Positions 24,503-32,747 of a stretch of 45,435 nt of DNA are shown here, in pieces. Every line of letters begins with the position of its first letter. Within the stretch, counting starts at the first letter, position 1. The translations under genes were made by a program, and so were the position numbers. Below the pieces are notes generated by a model that was not told the DNA's origin, searched no databases, and saw nothing but the letters and a program-made list of their open reading frames with translations. The DNA comes from an uncultured Ruminococcus sp. (GTDB lineage Bacteria > Bacillota > Clostridia > Oscillospirales > CAG-272). Location of the stretch: the NCBI GenBank assembly GCA_964424525.1, contig CAYRJG010000001.1, forward strand, positions 1 to 45,435. Direction: 5' to 3'.

Positions 24503-26439
24503 CAGCGAATACGATCTCCGTTCTTTGCCGATTTATCGATAAATACAACCTTAACATCATCCTCACCGGATGCAAGAATCATTCCGCGGCTCTCAACACC
24601 GCAAAGAGTTACGGGCTTAAGGTTTACGATAACTGCTACCTTCTTACCAACAAGTTCCTCGGGCTTATAGAATTTCGCGATACCAGAAACTACCTGACGT
24701 GTTTCGTAGCCTATATCTATCTGAAGCTTAAGAAGCTTCTTCGCTTTTGGAACGGTTTCGCAAGCACGAATTTCACCTACACGGATTTCAAGTGCACCAA
24801 AGGCATCAATAGTAACCTCTGCCTCATGCTCCGGTTCGGGAATTGTTTCGTTCTCCGCAGCCTCTTTTGCACGTTTTGCTTCGATTTCTTCAAGGAATTT
24901 CTTTTCATCAATTCTTGCAAAGAGAGTGAACGCTTCACCAAGAGCCTTGCCGGATTCAAGTGCGCCGAACTCGGATACTGTAGCAAACTCGGTCTTGTCG
25001 GTTGCAAGCTGCGAGAATATGCTCTCTGCCGTTGCGGGAATATACGGAACGAGAAGAACTGCCGCGGTGCGGATTACCTCAAGGAGATTATAGATTACGG
25101 TTGCAAGACGGGGCTTCTTTGCCTCATCCTTTGCAAGAACCCAAGGCATAGTTTCATCTATATACTTATTCGCGCGGCGGAGCATCGAGAATATCTCGGA
25201 AAGAGAATCCGCAACGCGATATGCGCCCATAAGATCTACCGATTTTTCGATTGCTTCCTTTACTACCGAGATAAGTTCATCGTCAATAGGCTCACGAACA
25301 TCGGGCGTGGGAACAACACCTTCAAAATATTTTTTAGTCATCGCATGAGTGCGGCTCACAAGGTTACCGAGGTTATTTGCGAGGTCGTTATTGTAGGAAT
25401 TTATAACGCTCTCATATGTGATAGAGCCATCCTGTGCATAGGGCATCTCGGAGAGTGCGTAATAACGAACTCCGTCAACACCAAATACCTCTGCAAGCTC
25501 GTCTGCAAAAACCACATTACCCTTGGACTTACTCATTTTATCGTTGCCAAAATTAAACCACGGATGACCGAAAACCTTTTTGGGGAGAGGAAGATCAAGT
25601 GCCATAAGGAAAATAGGCCAATAAATGGTATGGAATCTAAGGATATCCTTACCGATGATATGAACATCGCAGGGCCAGTTTTTCTTGAAGAGCTCGGATT
25701 GCTCTTCAAAGCTCTTGTCGGGATCGTAGCCAATAGCGGTTATATAGTTGGTAAGCGCATCAAGCCACACGTATACGACGTGCTTATCGTCAAAATCAAC
25801 AGGGATGCCCCATTTGAATGAGGTTCTTGAAACGCAGAGATCCTGAAGACCTGCTTTAAGGAAATTATTTACCATTTCCTTTTTACGGCTCTCGGGCTCA
25901 ATGAATTCGGGATGGTCCTCGATATGCTTCATAAGTCTATCGGCATATTTTGACATTTTGAAGAAATAAGCTTCCTCTCTTGCTTGAGTAACTACTCTGC
26001 CACAATCGGGACACTTACCGTCAACTACCTGCGTTTCGGTAAAGAATGACTCGCAGGGAGTGCAATACCATCCCTCGTAGAAGCCTTTATAAATATCACC
26101 CTGCTCGTAGAAACGGCGGAATATCTTCTTTACTGCACGTACATGATAATCATCTGTCGTGCGGATAAAATGATCGTATTTTACGTTCATAAGATCCCAA
26201 ATGCGACGGATTTCTCCCGAAACACCGTCAACATACGCCTGCGGAGTAATATTAGCCTCAGAGGCAAGGCTCTCAATCTTCTGACCGTGCTCATCTGTAC
26301 CGGTGCAAAGGAATACATCCTTTCCCATTCTGCGCTGAAATCTTGCAAAGGCATCAGACATAATAATCTCATAGGTATTTCCAAAATGAGGCTTTCTGGA
26401 TGCATAAGCTATCGCAGTTGTTACGTAAAACTTTTCCAT
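24502..26439 (-). CDS. metG: Methionine--tRNA ligase with a C-terminal tRNA-binding (EMAP/Trbp111-like) domain
   Basis: HFGNTYE (HIGH-type), KMSKSKGN (KMSKS), Zn knuckle CPDCG. The stop overlaps the tatD start as TGATG. Confidence 0.96.
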   Translation of the reverse strand: MEKFYVTTAIAYASRKPHFGNTYEIIMSDAFARFQRRMGKDVFLCTGTDEHGQKIESLASEANITPQAYVDGVSGEIRRIWDLMNVKYDHFIRTTDDYHVRAVKKIFRRFYEQGDIYKGFYEGWYCTPCESFFTETQVVDGKCPDCGRVVTQAREEAYFFKMSKYADRLMKHIEDHPEFIEPESRKKEMVNNFLKAGLQDLCVSRTSFKWGIPVDFDDKHVVYVWLDALTNYITAIGYDPDKSFEEQSELFKKNWPCDVHIIGKDILRFHTIYWPIFLMALDLPLPKKVFGHPWFNFGNDKMSKSKGNVVFADELAEVFGVDGVRYYALSEMPYAQDGSITYESVINSYNNDLANNLGNLVSRTHAMTKKYFEGVVPTPDVREPIDDELISVVKEAIEKSVDLMGAYRVADSLSEIFSMLRRANKYIDETMPWVLAKDEAKKPRLATVIYNLLEVIRTAAVLLVPYIPATAESIFSQLATDKTEFATVSEFGALESGKALGEAFTLFARIDEKKFLEEIEAKRAKEAAENETIPEPEHEAEVTIDAFGALEIRVGEIRACETVPKAKKLLKLQIDIGYETRQVVSGIAKFYKPEELVGKKVAVIVNLKPVTLCGVESRGMILASGEDDVKVVFIDKSAKNGDRIR

Positions 26440-26624
26440 ATTGATCTCCTATCGTTTGAATAGCGATTTTTCGCGTATTCGATAATAATGCTTGTTTATC
26501 AAATTATTTTAACACATTTAAAAGAATATTACAATATTTTTTAAAAAGGTTTTAAAAAAAATAATAGTTTTTTATTAAAATATTGCCTATAAGTTAAGTT
26601 TTTTGCTACACATTACGAAAAAGA

Positions 26625-26653
26625 TTGACTTTTAACCATAAAATTGTTATAAT
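26625..26653 (+). promoter_or_regulatory. Promoter candidate for holB-ricT
   Basis: TTGACT (26625-26630), 17-nt spacer, TATAAT (26648-26653). Confidence 0.6.
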
Positions 26654-26770
26654 TATATTGTTATAGATATATTCGAACATTGAATTTTAAAATTAGGCAT
26701 CAGACTATAACAATTCAAATTGATTTTTACCCCAAGGCTGCCTATCCTTGAGGCTCCGGGAGGTGAAGGT

Positions 26771-27793
26771 GTGAGAGAGTTTTTTCAAAAGCTTTACGGC
26801 AACAATGCTGCAAAGCAAAGAATCGGACGTGCTATCGAAAGCTCTACTCTGCCCCACGCATTTCTTATAGTAGGTCCCGAAGGCTCCGGGAAAAAAACGC
26901 TTGCGCTTGAAATAGCAGCGGCAGTCAACTGCCACGAGCGTGAGAATCCTGTAAAAAAGCTCCCCTGCTATGAATGCAATAGTTGCCGAAGAATTTTTTC
27001 CGGCGAATTCACCGATGTAAAAGAGCTTTACCGTAAATCGGACAAGCAGACTATCGGAGTTGACCAGGTTCGTGATTTCAGAGAGGATATGTTCCTTTCC
27101 TCCACGGAATCGGATTATAAAATTTATATTATAAACGAATCCGAAAGAATGACTCCCAATGCACAAAACGCGCTTCTCAAAGTTCTTGAAGAACCGCCAA
27201 ACGGAGTTGTAATATTTCTTCTTTCTTCCACGGATGACGGAATTCTTACAACAATAAAAAGCCGTACTCAACACGTCAGTATGCAACGGTTTGAACCAAA
27301 AGAGATTCTTGAATATTTGAAAAAAGCAGGAAAAATATCTGCGCTTGCAGATAGAGAAAAAACTCTTGAGCTTCTTATGAGTGCAGACGGACGCATAGGA
27401 CGTGCGGCAGAGCTTTTAGGTGACGGCGCTGAAGATGTGCGCGAGCAAAGACGTATCACGGAAAATATTGTTTTGGCTATGCGAAAAAATACGCCTTATT
27501 CCACCCTTCTTACAGCAATCAAAGAGCTTCCTACAAAAAAAGACGAATTTGCCGCAACGCTTGAAAGCATTATATGTGCTATACGCGACCTGATTCTTTT
27601 AAAAAATGCACGGAATGCTCCTTTGGTTTTTTATTCCGACCGCGAGGCGGCAGAGGCACTTGCAGAGCAATTTAACACAAAAAGACTTCTGAGCGCATAC
27701 GATCTGCTTTGCGATGCTCTTCTTGATAATTCCAGGAATGTGAACACCGGCTCACTTATTGCCGTGATAGGTGCAAAAATCAAGTTTATATAA
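26771..27793 (+). CDS. holB: DNA polymerase III delta' subunit
   Basis: LPHAFLIVGPEGSGKKT, zinc-module-like CHERENPVKKLPCYECNSC, ALLKVLEEPP, SRTQ. GGGAGGTG lies 6 nt before GTG 26771 (the track starts at 26720). Confidence 0.9.
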   Translation: MREFFQKLYGNNAAKQRIGRAIESSTLPHAFLIVGPEGSGKKTLALEIAAAVNCHERENPVKKLPCYECNSCRRIFSGEFTDVKELYRKSDKQTIGVDQVRDFREDMFLSSTESDYKIYIINESERMTPNAQNALLKVLEEPPNGVVIFLLSSTDDGILTTIKSRTQHVSMQRFEPKEILEYLKKAGKISALADREKTLELLMSADGRIGRAAELLGDGAEDVREQRRITENIVLAMRKNTPYSTLLTAIKELPTKKDEFAATLESIICAIRDLILLKNARNAPLVFYSDREAAEALAEQFNTKRLLSAYDLLCDALLDNSRNVNTGSLIAVIGAKIKFI

Positions 27794-27805
27794 TTTGGAG
27801 ATAAT

Positions 27806-28711
27806 ATGAGTGAAGAAATGAAAAAACCGCCCGAAGCGGAAAATGAAAATACTGTTGAAATAATCGGAATCAATTTCCGTGAAGCGGGTAAGATATATTA
27901 TTTTGCTCCGATGAGCTTCAAGCTTTCGCTCGGAGAAAGAGTTATTGTCGAAACGGCTCGCGGTGTTGAAATCGGAACTGTAAAGATACCTAACAAAACA
28001 GTATCAACCAGCGAAATAGTTTCACCCCTTAAGCAGATAACACGACCTGCAACCGCAGAGGACATTGCAAAGGATGCCGAGAACCACGAGGCTGAAATGG
28101 AAGCGGCTCTTATATGTAAGAAAAAAATTGCGGCACACAAACTCGAAATGAGTATCGTTGCGGTTGAATATACATTTGACCGAGCAAAGCTTATCTTCTA
28201 TTTCACTTGTGAATCAAGAGTTGATTTCAGAGAGCTTGTTAAAGATCTTGCATCGACCTTCCGTACCAGAATAGAGCTTCGCCAAATAGGAATACGTGAC
28301 GAGGCAAAGATGATGGGCGGTCTTGGAGTTTGCGGAAGAAAATACTGCTGTGCGGGCTTCCTTACCGATTTCGTTCAGGTTTCTATTAAAATGGCAAAAG
28401 AGCAGAATTTTTCTCTTAACTCGGCAAAGGTTTCGGGCGCATGCGGAAGACTCATGTGTTGCCTTCGTTACGAGCACGAAACCTACGAGGAAGCAATTAA
28501 GGTTACTCCTCCTGTCGGTTCAATAGTTGAAACATCTGACGGAGTTGGAACAGTGACAGAAACAAGACCTCTTGCCGCAGAAATCAAGGTAAAGCTCAAT
28601 GATAATGAAAAGGATGCTCCCAAGCTTTACAAATGCTCCGATGTTAAGATTTTGAAATCTCCGAAGCGCCGCGAGAAAGAAGCATCCGAAGACGATATGG
28701 TTGAAGATTAA
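27806..28711 (+). CDS. ricT: PSP1-domain protein (YaaT/RicT-like)
   Basis: PSP1 core IELRQIGIRDEAKMMGGLGVCGRKYCCAGFL...CGRLMCCLRYE. Confidence 0.9.
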   Translation: MSEEMKKPPEAENENTVEIIGINFREAGKIYYFAPMSFKLSLGERVIVETARGVEIGTVKIPNKTVSTSEIVSPLKQITRPATAEDIAKDAENHEAEMEAALICKKKIAAHKLEMSIVAVEYTFDRAKLIFYFTCESRVDFRELVKDLASTFRTRIELRQIGIRDEAKMMGGLGVCGRKYCCAGFLTDFVQVSIKMAKEQNFSLNSAKVSGACGRLMCCLRYEHETYEEAIKVTPPVGSIVETSDGVGTVTETRPLAAEIKVKLNDNEKDAPKLYKCSDVKILKSPKRREKEASEDDMVED

Positions 28712-28752
28712 AGTTTTTTTGAGTTAATTAACCACTTTTTTATAAAATCCTC

Positions 28753-28780
28753 TTGATTTTTTCTATAATTGTGGTACAAT
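28753..28780 (+). promoter_or_regulatory. Promoter candidate for the ferredoxin gene
   Basis: TTGATT (28753-28758), 16-nt spacer, TGgTACAAT (hexamer 28775-28780). Confidence 0.55.
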
Positions 28781-28815
28781 AATAACAAACAAACATTACA
28801 TGGAGGTTATTTGAC

Positions 28816-28986
28816 ATGGCATACAAGATTACTGATGAGTGCATCAACTGCGGTGCTTGTGCAGATGCTTGCCCCACTTCTTGCATTTCCGAGGGTGATG
28901 GAAAGTACGTTATCGCTGAAGACGATTGCATCAGCTGCGGCACTTGTGCTGAAACCTGCCCTGTTGGCGCTCCTGTTGAGGAATAA
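28816..28986 (+). CDS. 2x[4Fe-4S] clostridial-type ferredoxin (56 aa); not in the supplied ORF track
   Basis: My own translation is MAYKITDECINCGACADACPTSCISEGDGKYVIAEDDCISCGTCAETCPVGAPVEE. It has two CxxCxxCxxxCP motifs, GGAGG 9 nt upstream and TAA at 28984-28986. Confidence 0.92.
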   Translation: MAYKITDECINCGACADACPTSCISEGDGKYVIAEDDCISCGTCAETCPVGAPVEE

Positions 28987-29056
28987 TCCTTAAGGAGTAC
29001 ATATCGCAGTATATTTTAACTGCGTAAATCAAATGCCTTTTTGATTAAAGGCATAA

Positions 29057-29090
29057 AGAACTCGATTTCCAAGCGAAATCGAGTTCTTTT
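29057..29090 (+). terminator. Rho-independent terminator after the ferredoxin gene
   Basis: AGAACTCGATTTC-caagc-GAAATCGAGTTCT followed by TTT. Confidence 0.8.
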
Positions 29091-29119
29091 GCTAAATTAA
29101 CATTTCATTCAGAGGTTAT

Positions 29120-29869
29120 ATGGAGCTTTTGGATAACGAAAGAATAGATTATGTAAACGATTCCTTATCTCTCATACAAAAAACCAACGGTCTTACCTTC
29201 GGTACTGATGCGCTTTTACTCGCAGGCTACATATCGGGAAAATATAAAATCGGAGTTGAGCTTGGTGGAGGTAGCGGAATAATATCGATGCTTCTTCTGA
29301 CGCGCGGAAAGCTTGATATATGCGAAGCTGTGGAAATTCAACCCCAATACGCTGATCTTATTAAACGAAATGCCGAGTTAAATTCACTCGGTGACAGATT
29401 AAGTGCCATCCCGTGTGACGTTAGAGAGTACAAAAGAGTGGGAGAATTTGATCTTGTTTTTACAAATCCACCTTATATGAAATCAACAAGCGGTTCACTT
29501 TGCACACACAATGCAAAGACTATTGCCCGCCATGAAATACATGGTGGAATAGAAGATTTTGCGAAAGCCGGAAACAGACTCCTTAAACACGGTGGTTGCT
29601 TTGCCGTAGTTTATAGACCCGACAGGTTTACAGATCTTATAACGGCACTACGCCTTCACTCACTTGAACCGAAGAGAATAACCTTCGTTCATGCAGATAC
29701 TCACTCGGAAGCTTCTATGGTTTTAATTGAAGCTAAAAAGGGAGGAAAAAGCGGCAATTTGCTTACACGCCCCCTTATTATATACAAGGATGACGCACAC
29801 AAGGAATACAGTGAGGATATGAATCATATTATGGAATTTGGTTCATTTCCTGCCGATTTCAAGCGTTAG
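29120..29869 (+). CDS. SAM-dependent N6-adenine methyltransferase, YabB/TrmN6-like (tRNA m6A37-type)
   Basis: GxGxG-like ELGGGSGI and the catalytic FTNPPY motif. It sits between ricT and rsmI, as yabB does in Bacillus. Confidence 0.85.
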   Translation: MELLDNERIDYVNDSLSLIQKTNGLTFGTDALLLAGYISGKYKIGVELGGGSGIISMLLLTRGKLDICEAVEIQPQYADLIKRNAELNSLGDRLSAIPCDVREYKRVGEFDLVFTNPPYMKSTSGSLCTHNAKTIARHEIHGGIEDFAKAGNRLLKHGGCFAVVYRPDRFTDLITALRLHSLEPKRITFVHADTHSEASMVLIEAKKGGKSGNLLTRPLIIYKDDAHKEYSEDMNHIMEFGSFPADFKR

Positions 29870-29877
29870 GTTTTAAC

Positions 29878-30741
29878 ATGGAAAAGATCGAAAAAAACAA
29901 AACAGAAGACTCTACCCTATATTTAGTAGCGACTCCGATAGGCAATCTTGCAGATATTTCCGACAGAGCAAAAAAAGTCCTATCAGAGGTTGATTTTATT
30001 GCGGCAGAGGACACGAGAAACACCTTGAAGCTTCTCGGTGTTCTTGGAATACATAAAGAGCTTGTGAGCTATTACGAGCACAATAAAAAACAAAGCGGTG
30101 AGAGAATAATCGCGCGGCTTCTTTCCGGAGAATCCTGCGCTTTGGTTACAGATGCGGGTATGCCTGCGATAAGTGACCCCGGTGAGGACATTGTTCGCCT
30201 TGCCGCGCAATCGAATGTTACGGTTACGGTAGTTCCGGGCGCATGCGCCGCAGTCAGCGCGCTTGCACTTAGTGCATTACCCACTGCTCGGTTTGCCTTT
30301 GAGGGGTTTATGCCTGCTGTCAAGGGCGAGCGCAAAAAAAGGCTTTTGGCAGTTAAGAGTGAAGACCGTACTATGATTTTTTATGAAGCACCGCACAAGC
30401 TAAAAGCAACCCTTTTTGATATGAAAGAGATTTTCGGCGGAGAACGCAAGATAACTCTTTGTCGAGAGTTAACCAAGCTAAACGAGGAGATAATCAGAAC
30501 TACCCTTGATGGAGCAATAGCTCTTTACTCCGAAAAAGACCCACGAGGAGAATATGTGTTGATTCTCGAAGGCAAAAAAGACGGTGATCCGACTGTAGAA
30601 GATGCCCCGCTTCTCTCCGAGCGCGAGGAGGTCGAATCTTTGATTTCGAAGGGAATGCCAAAAATGGATGCTATAAAAGCGGTTGCCAAGCACCGCGGAG
30701 TTCCTAAATCCGAAATATACAATTTAATGATAGAAGAATAA
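29878..30741 (+). CDS. rsmI: 16S rRNA (cytidine1402-2'-O)-methyltransferase
   Basis: LYLVATPIGNL.DIS.RA...L..VD.IAAEDTR and DAGMPAISDPG, typical of RsmI tetrapyrrole-methylase-fold enzymes. Confidence 0.93.
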   Translation: MEKIEKNKTEDSTLYLVATPIGNLADISDRAKKVLSEVDFIAAEDTRNTLKLLGVLGIHKELVSYYEHNKKQSGERIIARLLSGESCALVTDAGMPAISDPGEDIVRLAAQSNVTVTVVPGACAAVSALALSALPTARFAFEGFMPAVKGERKKRLLAVKSEDRTMIFYEAPHKLKATLFDMKEIFGGERKITLCRELTKLNEEIIRTTLDGAIALYSEKDPRGEYVLILEGKKDGDPTVEDAPLLSEREEVESLISKGMPKMDAIKAVAKHRGVPKSEIYNLMIEE

Positions 30742-30784
30742 GAAATAGTCGGTGCCGACATCACTGCGGCAACCGACTATTTCT
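30741..30784. terminator. Bidirectional terminator filling the gap between convergent genes
   Basis: AGAAATAGTCGGT-18 nt-ACCGACTATTTCT. Confidence 0.75.
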
Positions 30785-31704
30785 TATTTCAATTTATAAC
30801 AATCGTTTGGGAAAAGAGTTACTCTTTTTCCGTTGATTTTTGCATAAAGGGTTATATCGGAATTATTAACAACCTCATCCTCGGTTACCGTTGCCGCTTT
30901 TACCGCATCCTCGTAATGAAAAATATCACGCACGGTTGCATACCAAAAATCTTCCGGGCGATTGCCATATTTTTCAGCAAAATTTTCGAGAACGTCCCAA
31001 CAGTTATTATTCTCAAAATCGTGAGAATGAACTCCAAAACAGAACCATTTCAACTCACCGTCCTCCTCCATCTGCTCAAAAGCCTCTGCCTTTTCACAAA
31101 GGTTATTATGATGCGCGCCGTAGCTCCAATTGAAGCGGTCTTTGGGGAGATCAAACGTACTGTCAACCGTTTTTCTGACCGAGGAATAACCCATTTTTAT
31201 AATACGTTCAAGAACTTCGGGATCTTTTTGCAATCCATACGGCCAAACAAAAGCCTCAATACTACCTTCTCCAAACACTTCCTCAAGCTCGCGCTTTCCT
31301 TCCTCTACAAGAGTACAGTATGTATCCGCTGTTGCGATATAAGACCAATAACGAGGAGTATACTTGTAAAGATAAAGTCCATCCATATCTGTTTTATATA
31401 AATATTCGGGATCCGCTGTTTGTTCATTATATTCCTCATCGGTAAACTTATATTCTTTTGACGGATCAAAAGCAAGCGGATGGCACTTACAATGGTTTGC
31501 AATTTCGTATCCACGATACATTTTACGGTATTCATCCGGCGTAACGCCTTTTTTTAAAGGAGGATTAATATTGAATGTGCCGAGAATGCCTGCCGGCTTC
31601 ACAATACTTAAGAATTTCTTATCAAGAGGTATATTTCCGTCATCAATAGTAAACGAGATAGCCTTTCGTGTCCAGCCCGGAAAATAAAAGATTTTTTTGT
31701 TCAT
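30784..31704 (-). CDS. Polysaccharide-deacetylase-like (CE4-like) protein
   Basis: ISFTIDDG (the metal-binding DD position) and His boxes NHCKCHP and GVHSHDF. No signal peptide. Confidence 0.75.
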   Translation of the reverse strand: MNKKIFYFPGWTRKAISFTIDDGNIPLDKKFLSIVKPAGILGTFNINPPLKKGVTPDEYRKMYRGYEIANHCKCHPLAFDPSKEYKFTDEEYNEQTADPEYLYKTDMDGLYLYKYTPRYWSYIATADTYCTLVEEGKRELEEVFGEGSIEAFVWPYGLQKDPEVLERIIKMGYSSVRKTVDSTFDLPKDRFNWSYGAHHNNLCEKAEAFEQMEEDGELKWFCFGVHSHDFENNNCWDVLENFAEKYGNRPEDFWYATVRDIFHYEDAVKAATVTEDEVVNNSDITLYAKINGKRVTLFPNDCYKLK

Positions 31705-31746
31705 TTTTATAAATTCCTTTGTTTTATTATATTTTTGAATAAAAAA

Positions 31747-32607
31747 TTAACCTTTTTTATCGCTGTAATAAACCTTTTCTCCTGCCGGAACCGAATGAGT
31801 AAGCCAAACGTTACCGCCAATGACACAGCCCTCTCCGATCCTGGTATTTCCACCAAGTATAGTAGCATTTGCGTATATTACGCAATTATCACCTATATCG
31901 GGGTGGCGCTTGATACCCTTTATGGGATTACCGTCAGCATCAAGCTCAAAGCTTTTAGCTCCAAGAGTTACACCCTGATATATCTTGACGCGATTTCCTA
32001 TTGTTGTAGTTTCACCAATTACAATACCCGTTCCGTGGTCTATAAAGAAATATTCTCCAATTGTTGCTCCTGCGTGTATATCAATACCTGTTTTTTCGTG
32101 AGCAAACTCCGTCATAACTCTTGCGATGTAAGGAATCTTTTTTCTGTAAAATCTGTTAGCAATACGATAAATTGATACAGCATAAAAGCCGGGATATGAA
32201 AGAATAACCTCCTCCGGAGATCTTGCAGCAGGATCCCCCTCGTAAAGAGCCTGAATATCCTTTATAAGCATTTCTTTTACGTCAGGAAGCTCCGACAGAA
32301 TTTCGTAGGCGAGTTCCTCTGTATTAACTGCTCCGCTTTCATCACAAGCGCAAAAATAGTATGCAGCGGTAAGCTGACGCTTGAGCTTTAAAAAAGTATC
32401 CTCTATAATTTCCTGACGGCTTTTTCCGCGATTTTCAAGAAGAGAAAAATAATCAGGGAACATAAGCTCCTGAAGATTCTTAATTATTAAAACGATCTCC
32501 TTGCGACTTGGAATCATGAGAGAACGGTTATGGAAATACTGATACTCCCACTCCGGCATCTCATCCAGCCGTTTGAGCGTTTCGGATAGTATGTTATTTT
32601 GAAGCAA
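31747..32607 (-). CDS. cysE: Serine O-acetyltransferase (long EpsC/CysE type, hexapeptide repeats)
   Basis: DIHAGATIGEYFFIDHGTGIVIGETTTIG...HPDIGDNCVIYANATILGG. I prefer TTG 32607 (GGAGG 8 nt upstream, and downstream of the predicted promoter) over the track start 32622. Confidence 0.88.
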   Translation of the reverse strand: MLQNNILSETLKRLDEMPEWEYQYFHNRSLMIPSRKEIVLIIKNLQELMFPDYFSLLENRGKSRQEIIEDTFLKLKRQLTAAYYFCACDESGAVNTEELAYEILSELPDVKEMLIKDIQALYEGDPAARSPEEVILSYPGFYAVSIYRIANRFYRKKIPYIARVMTEFAHEKTGIDIHAGATIGEYFFIDHGTGIVIGETTTIGNRVKIYQGVTLGAKSFELDADGNPIKGIKRHPDIGDNCVIYANATILGGNTRIGEGCVIGGNVWLTHSVPAGEKVYYSDKKG

Positions 32608-32639
32608 AACGTTATCCTCCAAGGTAAAAGATTAATAAT

Positions 32640-32668
32640 ATTCTATCACATATATATTTTTTATTCAA
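32640..32668 (-). promoter_or_regulatory. Promoter candidate for cysE
   Basis: On the minus strand: TTGAAT, 17-nt spacer, TGaTAGAAT. Confidence 0.55.
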
Positions 32669-32685
32669 GATATTAGACTTAATAA

Positions 32686-32720
32686 AATCAAAAAACAAAG
32701 GGAAGACCGAAGCCTTCCCT
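32686..32720 (-). terminator. Rho-independent terminator of the 777-aa protein gene
   Basis: On the minus strand: AGGGAAG-8 nt-CTTCCCT followed by TTGTTTTTTG. Confidence 0.8.
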
Positions 32721-32747
32721 CTTAATGCGGTCTAAGCCGCGGAATAA

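Noticed and set aside
24826-25821. 331-aa ORF antisense to metG; similar antisense ORFs at 26705..27286, 22147..22728, 19737..20303, 33453..33971 and 34323..34706
   Set aside because: Each lies fully inside a confidently identified gene on the other strand. None shows recognisable motifs or translation signals.
26440-26720. T-box leader upstream of metG (and at 32608-32747 upstream of cysE)
   Set aside because: I looked for the conserved T-box sequence (AGGGTGGTACCGCG-like) and a specifier or terminator-antiterminator arrangement on the minus strand. I found only AT-rich promoter-like DNA.
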